Part shown: piece by piece, positions 1 through 7,948 of the stretch
Layout of the letters: every line of letters starts with the position of its first letter
How positions within the stretch are numbered: position 1 is the first letter of the stretch
Assembly: GCA_042218075.1 (NCBI GenBank)
Contig: JBDGRK010000020.1
Coordinates: 1-22,688, forward strand
DNA from: Candidatus Nanohaloarchaea archaeon
GTDB taxonomy: Archaea; Nanohalarchaeota; Nanosalinia; Nanosalinales; Nanosalinaceae
Direction of reading: 5' to 3'
Length of the DNA stretch: 22,688 nt
Notes under the pieces: generated by a model
What the model was told of the DNA's origin: nothing
Databases searched by the model: none
What the model saw: the letters and a program-made list of their open reading frames with translations, nothing else
Made by a program: the position numbers and the translations under genes

Positions 1-38
1 TCCTCTCTTTCAACCAGCTCGCCCAGGTCGACTCCCAT
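1..38 (-). CDS. fen: Flap endonuclease 1, N-terminal fragment (runs off window start)
   Basis: ATG at 38 (minus) reads MGVDLGELVERE, resembling the archaeal FEN1 N-terminus (MGVxLgel). Only 12 codons are visible. Not in the ORF track. Confidence 0.65.
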   Translation of the reverse strand, partial: MGVDLGELVERE

Positions 39-76
39 GGAAAGAGATTTAGCTCCTGAACTTTAAACAAAATATC

Positions 77-1012
77 ATGAATGATCCAAAGATTGTGCTC
101 TACGATTTTGAGGGTGAGAAATCTCTATCTGACGAATTCAGGGAAGAGTTAAGACATCGATCATCTGAGTTGAGAGTGGTTGAGACAGCAGAAGACTACA
201 GCGGCAAACTTGGTTCGGAGCACCTGGAAGGCGCACAAGTACTGATCTCTCGTGTCTTTGATGATTATCCTCAGGAACTGTTTCAGGATTCAGAAATCGA
301 ATATATTGGAGTTATGGCAACTGACAAATCCCATTATCCTCTGGATTTTCTGGAGGATAGAGGGATTGAAATTTCCAATGCTCCTGAATACGCCCGCGAG
401 TCTGTGGCTGAACTTACTGTCAATATGATGCTGACGCTCAGTCTGAACAGCTACATGACAACGGATTTCGTGGAGTCAGGGAAATGGGATGTCGGTCCTT
501 TTCCCGGTAAAGAGTTGAGAGGCAAGAAACTCGGAATTATAGGTCTGGGATCGATTGGATCAAGGGTTGCTGAAATTGCCAGCGGTCTCGGAATGGAGAT
601 ATGCTATAACAGCAGAAGTGAAAAAGAATTTGCAGCAGAAAGAGGCTGGAAATTCCTTAAACTAAATGACTTGATTTCCAAGTCAGATGTGAATTCAATC
701 CACTGTTCACTGAATAGAGAAACCGAGAACCTGTTGAACAAGGAAATTCTGGATAAAATTGAAGGAGAGAAGGTTATTCTGAACGGTGCTAGGTCCGAGA
801 TACAGGATGTTGAGAAAACTATTGAACTTTGCGAAAGAGGAAGATTGAAGGTCTGGTTTGATGCCCTGGAGGATCAGGAGCAGAGGGAGAACTTGCTGTC
901 TGCAGGCAACGCGGTTCTTACCTCCCATTCCGGATGTGCGACTAAAGAAGCAAAAGAAAGGCTGAAACAAAAAACCCTGGAGAATCTTGACAATTATCTG
1001 GGTGAGAAATAG
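77..1012 (+). CDS. D-isomer-specific 2-hydroxyacid dehydrogenase (glyoxylate reductase-like, divergent)
   Basis: Motifs SNAPEYARESVAE, GKELRGKKLGIIGLGSIG (Rossmann fold), IHCSL, NGAR, TSHSG. Confidence 0.9.
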   Translation: MNDPKIVLYDFEGEKSLSDEFREELRHRSSELRVVETAEDYSGKLGSEHLEGAQVLISRVFDDYPQELFQDSEIEYIGVMATDKSHYPLDFLEDRGIEISNAPEYARESVAELTVNMMLTLSLNSYMTTDFVESGKWDVGPFPGKELRGKKLGIIGLGSIGSRVAEIASGLGMEICYNSRSEKEFAAERGWKFLKLNDLISKSDVNSIHCSLNRETENLLNKEILDKIEGEKVILNGARSEIQDVEKTIELCERGRLKVWFDALEDQEQRENLLSAGNAVLTSHSGCATKEAKERLKQKTLENLDNYLGEK

Positions 1013-1146
1013 TGAACCAGATGTGCGAGTACTGCGGTGAGAGAGAAGCAGTGGATACTTGTGAGATGTGCGGTGCCAGTATATGCGCGGAGCATAAGAA
1101 GGATTACGGATGCGAGGTCTGCGGTGGCGAGTACAGGTTTGAATAG
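1012..1146 (+). CDS. Small Cys-rich zinc-finger protein (44 aa, B-box-like spacing)
   Basis: GTG overlaps the upstream TAG, with SD-like GGTGAG at 1001-1006. Reads MNQMCEYCGEREAVDTCEMCGASICAEHKKDYGCEVCGGEYRFE (CxxC, CxxC, CxxH, CxxC). Not in the ORF track. Confidence 0.8.
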   Translation: MNQMCEYCGEREAVDTCEMCGASICAEHKKDYGCEVCGGEYRFE

Positions 1147-1176
1147 AGTTATTAAGAGAGGAAAGAATTTCTTGGT

Positions 1177-1413
1177 ATGCAGAGGAGAAAGCTTGAAAGG
1201 TTCACCGAGTTTCTGATTATAGGTGTTGTTCTCGGGGTTTTCGAGGACATGCTGGCGGTGATGCTGGTGACAGGCGAGAGTTTCAGCCTTGAGATGCTTG
1301 GAATCGTTCTTATCGTTGCTGTACCCTTCGCCGCCTTCTCAGAACTTGTAGTTGACAGCAAAGAATATCTGATGATTGAGAAGATAGTTTCTAGATTGAA
1401 AGCTTTGTTTTAG
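1177..1413 (+). CDS. Small membrane protein with two predicted TM helices
   Basis: Two hydrophobic stretches (FLIIGVVLGV...AVMLV and MLGIVLIVAVPFAAF); tight packing with neighbours. Confidence 0.75.
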   Translation: MQRRKLERFTEFLIIGVVLGVFEDMLAVMLVTGESFSLEMLGIVLIVAVPFAAFSELVVDSKEYLMIEKIVSRLKALF

Positions 1414-1421
1414 TGAATATA

Positions 1422-2108
1422 CTAATTATCAGGTAATGTCGGTAGTTTATTCCCGTATTTGGCTGTGTCAGCGGTCTGGTAATCCGGTTCCACTTCTACT
1501 TCGATTTCCTCGCCGTCTACTTCAACCACCTGGTTTTCAAATACACCGGTTTCGAGTGTATCATTTATCGGTCCTACTATAACTCTTCCGTCAATGTATT
1601 TTGCCTCCAATGCAGGACCGCCCCCATAATCTTCGGTATCTGTCTCTATTATTAAATCCAGCTCCTCGATAGCTTTTCTTGCTGTTTCAAGCTTGGAAAT
1701 ATCTTCTTCAGTGCTGTAGAGTATTCTATTCGCATCACTAAAGTCTCCAAGGGTGTTTCCTTCTGGCTCCTGATATTCGACATTACTTCTAATAGGTGAT
1801 TTAATCGCGGAGAAAAGGTATTCGTGAAATTCTTTCCGATCCTCAAGTAGAACTCTTCCGGTTTGATCCTGATCCCAGATGTTTATGCCTGTCGTTCTCG
1901 GAAGATTATCAAAGTCTAGTGTGTGATCTGAATCGTAAGGATTTACGATAATGTTGGAACCGTCGTAGAATATCTCCACATCAGGAACTTCAGTGTTTTC
2001 TTCCGGTTCAACTTCCAGTTTTGCTGTATCTATTTCGTCAAGATCATCCTTAAATTGATCCAGACTTTCCTCCGGATTCACCGAGCTGAACTGGATGTCA
2101 GTATTCAT
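1422..2108 (-). CDS. Acidic hypothetical protein
   Basis: 228-aa ORF with strong D/E enrichment typical of halophile proteins; no recognised motif. Confidence 0.75.
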   Translation of the reverse strand: MNTDIQFSSVNPEESLDQFKDDLDEIDTAKLEVEPEENTEVPDVEIFYDGSNIIVNPYDSDHTLDFDNLPRTTGINIWDQDQTGRVLLEDRKEFHEYLFSAIKSPIRSNVEYQEPEGNTLGDFSDANRILYSTEEDISKLETARKAIEELDLIIETDTEDYGGGPALEAKYIDGRVIVGPINDTLETGVFENQVVEVDGEEIEVEVEPDYQTADTAKYGNKLPTLPDN

Positions 2109-2145
2109 ACTTTGTTATTACTCAGTGACAAATATAAATCTTTGC

Positions 2146-2400
2146 CTAGAGCTTGTCGAAGTGCTCAAGCTCGATGCTCTGGATTCCTTCAACTTCCTCA
2201 AGCCTCTCCTCAACCGCGTCAGTTCCGCCTTCCTCGTCGGAAGTTATAGTCGAAATCTTGACCGCCTTCAATCCAAAGGCGACTTCTTCCTCCTCAAAGT
2301 CATCGACATCTATCTTCTGCTTTACGCTCTCTTTGATATCCTCCAGATCGGTTTCATCGCTTTCCGGCATAAGCTTGTAAACGCACTGTACTTTTCCCAT
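2146..2400 (-). CDS. ef1b: Translation elongation factor aEF-1beta
   Basis: Motifs KLMPES, EEEVAFGLKAV, EEGGTDAVEERLEEVEGIQS; lies downstream of the Zn-ribbon gene, a common archaeal pairing. Confidence 0.95.
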   Translation of the reverse strand: MGKVQCVYKLMPESDETDLEDIKESVKQKIDVDDFEEEEVAFGLKAVKISTITSDEEGGTDAVEERLEEVEGIQSIELEHFDKL

Positions 2401-2463
2401 TTCGATTACCTCTTGAAGAGAAGATCGGCATGAAAATTTAAAAACAGCATCTGCTGATCGATC

Positions 2464-2628
2464 TCAGGGTCCTTCAAAGCCACATTCCGGACACTCGTAG
2501 TCGCTGGCCAGTTTCTTGCACCTGTCACATCTTGCCAGGTTTTCCCCGCATTCAGGGCACTTGAACTCCACGAAGCTGTCAGCCGCCGACAGATTCCTTC
2601 CGCAGCTTGTGCATTCTTCAACTTCCAT
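2464..2628 (-). CDS. Zn-ribbon protein (DUF1610 / HVO_2753-like), 54 aa
   Basis: MEVEECTSCGRNLSAADSFVEFKCPECGENLARCDRCKKLASDYECPECGFEGP: four CxxC motifs ending in GFEGP, upstream of EF-1beta. Not in the ORF track. Confidence 0.92.
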   Translation of the reverse strand: MEVEECTSCGRNLSAADSFVEFKCPECGENLARCDRCKKLASDYECPECGFEGP

Positions 2629-2676
2629 ACAGTTTTTCCGGGAACGAATAGTTAAAAATGGGAGTGGAGAACGCCG

Positions 2677-2686
2677 TTATTTAAAG
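2677..2686 (+). promoter_or_regulatory. TATA box of tRNA-Arg
   Basis: TTATTTAAAG about 25-30 nt upstream of the tRNA 5' end. Confidence 0.55.
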
Positions 2687-2709
2687 CTCTGAAGCGATCT
2701 CCAACTTAG

Positions 2710-2859
2710 GCCCTCTTGGTCTAGCTGGAAAGACGGCACCTTGCGGACAACTCCTGGCGCGGAGTTGGAACGCGCCAAGCCGTGCTCTGCACGGCTTTCG
2801 GAACTTGTTTACTGAAGTCAACTAGGTGCAGATCCTGGGTTCAAATCCCAGAGGGGGCG
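2710..2859 (+). tRNA. tRNA-Arg(GCG) with a 77-nt intron at 37/38 (intron 2747-2823)
   Basis: Acceptor GCCCTCT/AGGGGGC with discriminator G; D stem GTCT/AGAC with A20 (Arg identity element); anticodon stem GCACC/GGTGC; spliced loop TT-GCG-GA; T arm CTGGG-TTCAAAT-CCCAG. CCA is not encoded. Confidence 0.88.
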
Positions 2860-3843
2860 CTACCAAGGCTTGTTGACCACGTTCACCTTTTTTCTCAGGT
2901 TGTCGATTGTTGAGTCAACGATCCTCTGCATCGCTTCCCTTGAGTTGAAGGCGTTGTGAGGTGTTATAATCACGTCATCCCTATTTATCAGGATATGATC
3001 CTCCAGTATTACCTCGGGATCGCACCCTGCCTTTAGATCTCCTAACATCTCTATATCATCCTCTATGTAGCATTCCTCCTCAAGAACGTCGAGCCCTGCC
3101 GCTTCGACATTGTCCTGCTCAAGTGCCTCTATGAGCGCTTCAGTGTCTATGAGCTCGCCTCTTGCTGTGTTGACCAGTATCGCTCCATCCATAAGCTGGA
3201 ACTCTTCCTCTGAAAGCATGTGCCTGTTCTGCTGGACCAGCGGGCAGTGAAGTGTAATAATATCAGCGTCTCTCAGCAGATCCTCTAGGTCGACGTACAT
3301 GTAACCCATTTGATGAGCTGCCTCGTGATCTTTCTCAACATCGTATGCGATAACATGCATGTCGAAGCCGTTGGCTATCCGGATCACGTTCTTTCCTATC
3401 GTTCCGGTTCCGATCACTCCCAGCTTCTTGCCTTTCAGGTCAATACCCCTCAACCCTGAATGGTCGAAATCTCCCTGATCAACCTTCTCTACAGCCCTGT
3501 AGATCTTTCTGGTGAGGGACAGTATCAGCCCGAAAGTGTGTTCCGCTACAGTTGTGCCTCCGTAGTCAGGCACGTTCGAGACGATAATGCCTTCCTTGGC
3601 TGCCTTTTCAGTGTCCACGTGGTCGAAACCCGTGGAGCGACACGCTATCTGGTTAACGTCCAGCTCTTCAATCACTTCCGAATCGACTTCGGATGATACG
3701 AAAACTGTCACAGCGTCGTATCCTTCAGCTTTCTCGAGTGCCCGGCTGTCAAGCGATTCATCGAAGAAATCTATCTCCAGTCCTTCTACATCTCCCAGGT
3801 AGTTTTTCTCCCATTCTTCCGCGTCGAACCAGGCGACCTTCAA
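2860..3843 (-). CDS. D-lactate dehydrogenase-like 2-hydroxyacid dehydrogenase
   Basis: Motifs RSTGFDHVD, NVPDYG, VAEH, GVIGTGTIG, LHCPL, NTARG, GLDVLEEE, ITPHNAF. TTG start with a purine-rich SD; the stop abuts the tRNA 3' end. Confidence 0.92.
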   Translation of the reverse strand: MKVAWFDAEEWEKNYLGDVEGLEIDFFDESLDSRALEKAEGYDAVTVFVSSEVDSEVIEELDVNQIACRSTGFDHVDTEKAAKEGIIVSNVPDYGGTTVAEHTFGLILSLTRKIYRAVEKVDQGDFDHSGLRGIDLKGKKLGVIGTGTIGKNVIRIANGFDMHVIAYDVEKDHEAAHQMGYMYVDLEDLLRDADIITLHCPLVQQNRHMLSEEEFQLMDGAILVNTARGELIDTEALIEALEQDNVEAAGLDVLEEECYIEDDIEMLGDLKAGCDPEVILEDHILINRDDVIITPHNAFNSREAMQRIVDSTIDNLRKKVNVVNKPW

Positions 3844-3969
3844 TCTTCTCCCCTTATACTTTAGATAATATTTCTGGTACTCAAAAAGCTTCTCTAGTCA
3901 TCGAAAAGTCACATGATCTCGATAGATCCTCTCTGGAGGTTTAAGTTCTTAAAGGAGCAAAAATGATGT

Positions 3970-4320
3970 ATGAGAAAAGTCGAAATTGTGGATGATCGAG
4001 GAGAAAAGTTTGAGGCTGAGCTTGCTGACTCTTTTTTATCAAGGGCGAAGGGCCTGAGTTTTCGATCCTCAGGTAAGATGCTTTTCGCCTTTCCAGGAAA
4101 TACCAGGTCTTCTATCGACATGATGTTTCTCTCGAAACCTCTCCACCTATACTTCATGGATTCTGAGAAGAAGGTGATAGACGTCAAAAGGGCGGAACCG
4201 TGGAGCCTCGACCCCTGGAGCTGGAAACTCTACTCCCCGGAACAGAGCTACCGCTATTTGCTTGAAAGTTTCGAGGAGCTTGATATAGAGGAGGGAGATG
4301 CCCTTTCTTTTGACATCTAA
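3970..4320 (+). CDS. DUF192 family protein
   Basis: Motifs AELADSFLSRAKGLSFR, MLFAF, SIDMMF..PL, and YLLE. Confidence 0.85.
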   Translation: MRKVEIVDDRGEKFEAELADSFLSRAKGLSFRSSGKMLFAFPGNTRSSIDMMFLSKPLHLYFMDSEKKVIDVKRAEPWSLDPWSWKLYSPEQSYRYLLESFEELDIEEGDALSFDI

Positions 4321-4634
4321 TCTGCTGGTTGGAGCATATCTCTCACGCTACTCAGCTTGTCTCCTACTAATGGTATTCCAGGGCCTTTTCCATCCCGGAT
4401 GATCATCTTGGGAGGTGATTCCGGGTGTTTAACCTTTTAAATATCTGAAAGTATACTGAGTTCTTTCTCCTGTTCATCGGTGAGATTTTCTGTCCCTCTT
4501 AACTCGAGACTTACCTCTCCAAGATTGTAGCTGTTCTCCCCAGTGACAAGGTCTACCATTTGCCTGTTTTCAGCTAATGTTTCAGAAGTGTATTCTTGAT
4601 CTCCAATCTCTACAGTGTCGTAAAATTCCGACAT
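4317..4634 (-). pseudogene. Acidic hypothetical gene apparently interrupted by an in-frame TAA (4437-4439)
   Basis: The 65-aa ORF continues in the same frame for 39 sense codons (KVKHPESPPKMIIRDGKGPGIPLVGDKLSSVRDMLQPAD) to a TAG at 4317-4319 that overlaps the convergent DUF192 stop. Confidence 0.5.
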
Positions 4635-4706
4635 AATTTATTTTTGTTCTTCATCGGATAAATCTTTCCCCCCGTGATAAAAGATTTTCCAAGTGAAACA
4701 GGGGTT

Positions 4707-5387
4707 ATGGAGCTTTCAAAGTTCTGTCCTCGGTGTGGCGAGGAGACTGAAGAGCTTCACGGCGAGAAGAAGCAGCTGTGCCCGGAATGTTTCCCGGAGA
4801 AGAATGATCTTCTTGAAATACCTCATGTCGTGGAGATTGAGGTCTGCTCGGTATGCGGGAGGATGAGGAAGCACGGCGAATGGATCGAAGAATACTCGCT
4901 TGAAGAGCAGCTGGCCGAGAAGTTCGAAGAGTTTTCCGAGGAAGAAGTTGAGATGGAGCTACAGTACTGGGAGGAAGACGAGAAGATGTTTGTAAGGGTA
5001 CACGCGTTGAGAGGAGAGATTAAGGATGAATACGATGCCGAGCTGAGAACGACAACGGAGCAGTGCGAAGAATGTTCAAGGTTCGAGGGAGGCTTCTACA
5101 AGGTGAAGATGCAGCTGAGAGGAGAAGCAGATCTTGAAAGGATATCGGGAAGGATGGCGGAGAAGGCTGCGGAGGTCACCAACGAGGATAGAGGAAGCTT
5201 TCTTTCCAACCTGGAGGAGAACGATCACGGCTTCGACTTCTTTCTTTCAACGACGAAGATTGCAGACGAGATTCTATCCATGCTGAAGAACTCTCACGAT
5301 CCAGAGGTCAAGAGATCCTACGAGCTTGTGGGGGAAGAGGATGGCCAGGAAGTTTACAGGAACGTGATCTCCGTAAGGATAGAGTGA
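4707..5387 (+). CDS. nmd3: NMD3-family ribosome biogenesis protein (archaeal, short form)
   Basis: Motifs FCPRCG, LCPEC, EVCSVCG, CEECSR..GG.Y...MQLRG, and C-terminal LVGEEDGQEVYRNVISVR. ATG 4707 is preferred over GTG 4674. Confidence 0.9.
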   Translation: MELSKFCPRCGEETEELHGEKKQLCPECFPEKNDLLEIPHVVEIEVCSVCGRMRKHGEWIEEYSLEEQLAEKFEEFSEEEVEMELQYWEEDEKMFVRVHALRGEIKDEYDAELRTTTEQCEECSRFEGGFYKVKMQLRGEADLERISGRMAEKAAEVTNEDRGSFLSNLEENDHGFDFFLSTTKIADEILSMLKNSHDPEVKRSYELVGEEDGQEVYRNVISVRIE

Positions 5388-6442
5388 GACTTATGCGTTT
5401 TCTAGCCTACCATGCCAAGGGTGTGGGAGATATACTGGAATGGGAAATTCTGGAGAGGGTTCCCGGGGTGGAAATAGTCAGGAGATCTGAAAAATACATA
5501 CTGTTCGAGACAAGAATAGATAATGTCCAGGATATCGTAAATCTGAGGACTGCTGATGACGCACAATTGTTGCTTGCTGACAGAAAATTTGAATCCAGGC
5601 CCGTTAATAGTGAAATAATCGAGGAGATTCCGCTGAGAAAGCTGGAGGATTCTTTCAGGTTTATAAATGATTTTAGATCTCTGGAGAGGGAATTTTCGAT
5701 TACTTTATCCCGATAGAGGAACCCTGAACCCTGTTTTGAAGCTCTCAGGACAGAGGTTTCAGATAGAATTGAGGCGGAGACGGGATTCGATTACAGGGAG
5801 AGGGATCACTCAAATTTTGATCTCAGGATTCATCTTGAGGAGAACAGGATGCTGGTATCTGCCAGGATCTGTCGCAAGCCGCTCTACCACAGGGAATACT
5901 GGAATGAAGGAGTCAGGGGCTCTCTTAGAACTTCGGTGGCTGCATCACTGGTTAGACTGGTGCATCCCGGAAGGGAGGCAAAGATCGTGGATAACTTGTG
6001 TGGTTCCGGAACGATCCTCTGCGAGGCCGAGAAGATGGGTTTGGAATCTTACGGAGGGGACAGGGATGAAGAGGCGATTGCCTCTACGAAGGAGAATATT
6101 GTTGAGATCAGCCAGGATGCAGCTGAACGGATAAATAATCAGGACGCTAGATCGACTGAATATCCGGATAATGAATTCGAGATTGCGGTTTCGAACCTTC
6201 CCTGGGGCAAGCAGGTGGATTCAGGTTCTGATCTTTTCCCTGGAGTTATGGAGGAATATTCCAGGATCCTGAAGCCTGATGGAAGGATAGTGCTGCTTAA
6301 CAATCACCGCGAACTAGTAGGCAAATATCTGAGGGAAAACTTTCCTGGTCATGAAACAGGCGGTATTCGGCTTGGAATGCTTGGCCAGCAACCGGTGGTG
6401 AGTTATGCGGTTCCAGACGAAGAATGTCTCAACAAAATGTAA
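5384..6442 (+). pseudogene. THUMP-type / UPF0020 RNA m2G methyltransferase (Trm14/Trm11/RlmL-like) split by one in-frame TAG at 5714-5716
   Basis: ORFs 5384-5716 and 5849-6442 share a frame with no other stop between them (...FSITLSR*RNPEPCFEAL...FDLRIHLEENRMLVSAR...). Motifs GSLRTSVAASL, DNLCGSGTILCEA, VSNLPWG. Confidence 0.8.
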
Positions 6443-6459
6443 GGCAGAAAGATTCTCAA

Positions 6460-6467
6460 TTTAAAAA
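6460..6467 (+). promoter_or_regulatory. TATA box of aIF-1A (leaderless or short-leader transcript)
   Basis: TTTAAAAA about 23-30 nt before ATG 6490. Confidence 0.5.
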
Positions 6468-6489
6468 ACTGGCTCTTCAATCTGCATCC

Positions 6490-6807
6490 ATGGCGCAGAA
6501 TCAGAACGGCGAGGAAGAGCTTGGAAGAGTGAGAGAGCCGGAAGGAAAGGAGGTAGTCGGTATTGTACTGAGAAAGGAGGGAGGCGGAAAGTACCGCGTC
6601 TACTGCACCGATGGAGAGGAAAGAATCTGCCGAATCCCGGGATCGAAGAAGAGAGGCATCTGGGTGAAGCGCGATTCTGTTGTTCTGGTAGAACCATGGG
6701 ATATACAGGGAGACGAGAAAGGCGATATACAGAAGAGTTACTCCCAGGCCGAGACCGAGTGGCTGGAAGACCAAGGATATTTAGACGAGATCTCAGAGTT
6801 TCTATAA
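6490..6807 (+). CDS. eif1a: Translation initiation factor aIF-1A
   Basis: Motifs VYCTDGEERICRIPG, IWVKRDSVVLVEPWDIQ, KGDI; upstream of RIO1. Start moved to ATG 6490. Confidence 0.95.
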   Translation: MAQNQNGEEELGRVREPEGKEVVGIVLRKEGGGKYRVYCTDGEERICRIPGSKKRGIWVKRDSVVLVEPWDIQGDEKGDIQKSYSQAETEWLEDQGYLDEISEFL

Positions 6808-6809
6808 CA

Positions 6810-7127
6810 ATGAACCCGAAGTTCCTGCTAAATCAACTGCTTATTCTGTCATCGTTGTTTCTGATAGTGAACTTCCTGTTCTTCCTTCCGTCTTATTATT
6901 CATTCAATGTTGACCCCGCGAGATGCGACAAGCTGGAGGCTTCAAAACTCGAGTTCAGCTACCAGGAGAATCTCTGCGGTTCGGTCTTAAAGGCGTGGAA
7001 AAGTTTCCTGCTACAGAGAGAAGAGTTTAAATCCAAAGCAATCCCGCTTATAATTGCATTGCTGATAACTTCAATCTACAGCTACTACGAAAAACTTGAG
7101 GAAAGGTACAGAAGACTAGGTATATGA
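6810..7127 (+). CDS. Small membrane protein (two TM segments)
   Basis: ATG 6810 just after the aIF-1A stop; hydrophobic LLILSSLFLIVNFLFFL and AIPLIIALLITSIY; stop overlaps the RIO1 start (ATGA). Confidence 0.65.
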   Translation: MNPKFLLNQLLILSSLFLIVNFLFFLPSYYSFNVDPARCDKLEASKLEFSYQENLCGSVLKAWKSFLLQREEFKSKAIPLIIALLITSIYSYYEKLEERYRRLGI

Positions 7128-7885
7128 AACAGGATCCACGAGATTTTGATGACAGGTGGAGGGAGGAGTCGAGGAGGATGTTCGATTCTTCGGACGCCAG
7201 AAAAGCCTTCCAGAACGTTTTCGATCACCGAACCTCCAAGGCTCTTTTGAAGATGGCTGAAAGGGAGGTGGTGGAGAAAGTCTACGGGGTTGTAGAGTCG
7301 GGGAAGGAATCGGTTATATTCCTTGCAGATACTCCTGATGGAGAAAGAATACTGCTAAAGATTTACATGACGAGAGCAGGAAACTTCAGGGAGATGAAGG
7401 ATTACCTCCGCGGGGACAAGAGGTTCAGGAACGTGAAAGATGATCGGCGATCAATCGTGAGGGAGTGGACGAAGAAGGAGTTCAGGAATCTGGAAAAGGC
7501 TTCTAAATTGGTAAGCTGTCCGGAGGCGATAGCAGTCCAGGAAAACATACTGGCGATGGAGTTCCTCGGAGAGAAATTCTCTCCCTATCCCAAGCTGAAG
7601 CAGGTCGAAGTTGAGAATCCCTGGGAGGCCTTTGATCAGACTGTCGAAGGTATTGAAAAGTTATGGAGGCAGGAGAAGCTGGTTCACGGCGATCTCTCCG
7701 AGTACAATATACTGGTCGACAGGAGAGGACAGAAGTACTGGATAGACTTTTCGCAGGGTGTCCATAGAGAGCACCCGGAGGCAAGGCAGCTTCTGAGGCG
7801 GGATGTCAAAAATGTCGCGGATTTCTTCGAGAGACAGGGCGCTGAACCTGAAGCTCAGAACGCCTTTGAGTCAATAATTTCGTAA
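7124..7885 (+). CDS. rio1: RIO1 atypical protein kinase/ATPase
   Basis: Motifs SGKESV, LKIY, KEFRNL, LVHGDLSEYNIL, IDFSQ, LLRRDVKN. Confidence 0.95.
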   Translation: MKQDPRDFDDRWREESRRMFDSSDARKAFQNVFDHRTSKALLKMAEREVVEKVYGVVESGKESVIFLADTPDGERILLKIYMTRAGNFREMKDYLRGDKRFRNVKDDRRSIVREWTKKEFRNLEKASKLVSCPEAIAVQENILAMEFLGEKFSPYPKLKQVEVENPWEAFDQTVEGIEKLWRQEKLVHGDLSEYNILVDRRGQKYWIDFSQGVHREHPEARQLLRRDVKNVADFFERQGAEPEAQNAFESIIS

Positions 7886-7912
7886 GTAGAGAGTCTCTAT
7901 CCTCAATTCAAC

Positions 7913-7920
7913 TTATAAAA
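7913..7920 (+). promoter_or_regulatory. TATA box of the KH-domain gene
   Basis: TTATAAAA about 29-36 nt before ATG 7949. Confidence 0.45.
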
Positions 7921-7948
7921 AGGTTTGCCGGAAATATCTACTAGAGAA

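Noticed and set aside
2741-2746. Alternative anticodon (TGC Ala or TTG Gln) for the first tRNA
   Set aside because: The GCACC/GGTGC stem register places GCG at 34-36; A20 and discriminator G fit Arg.
2747-2823. Group I intron or hammerhead/HDV-like ribozyme in the tRNA introns
   Set aside because: Too short for group I, and no complete catalytic core consensus could be matched by eye.
5714-5716. Genome-wide TAG reassignment or pyrrolysine
   Set aside because: TAG ends several conserved genes at their expected C-termini (EF-1beta, top6A, both dehydrogenases), and no pyl genes or suppressor tRNA are in the window.
5667-6134. 155-aa alternative-frame ORF suggesting a frameshift in the methyltransferase
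   Set aside because: The two methyltransferase halves are already in the same frame; this Arg-rich ORF is a shadow frame.
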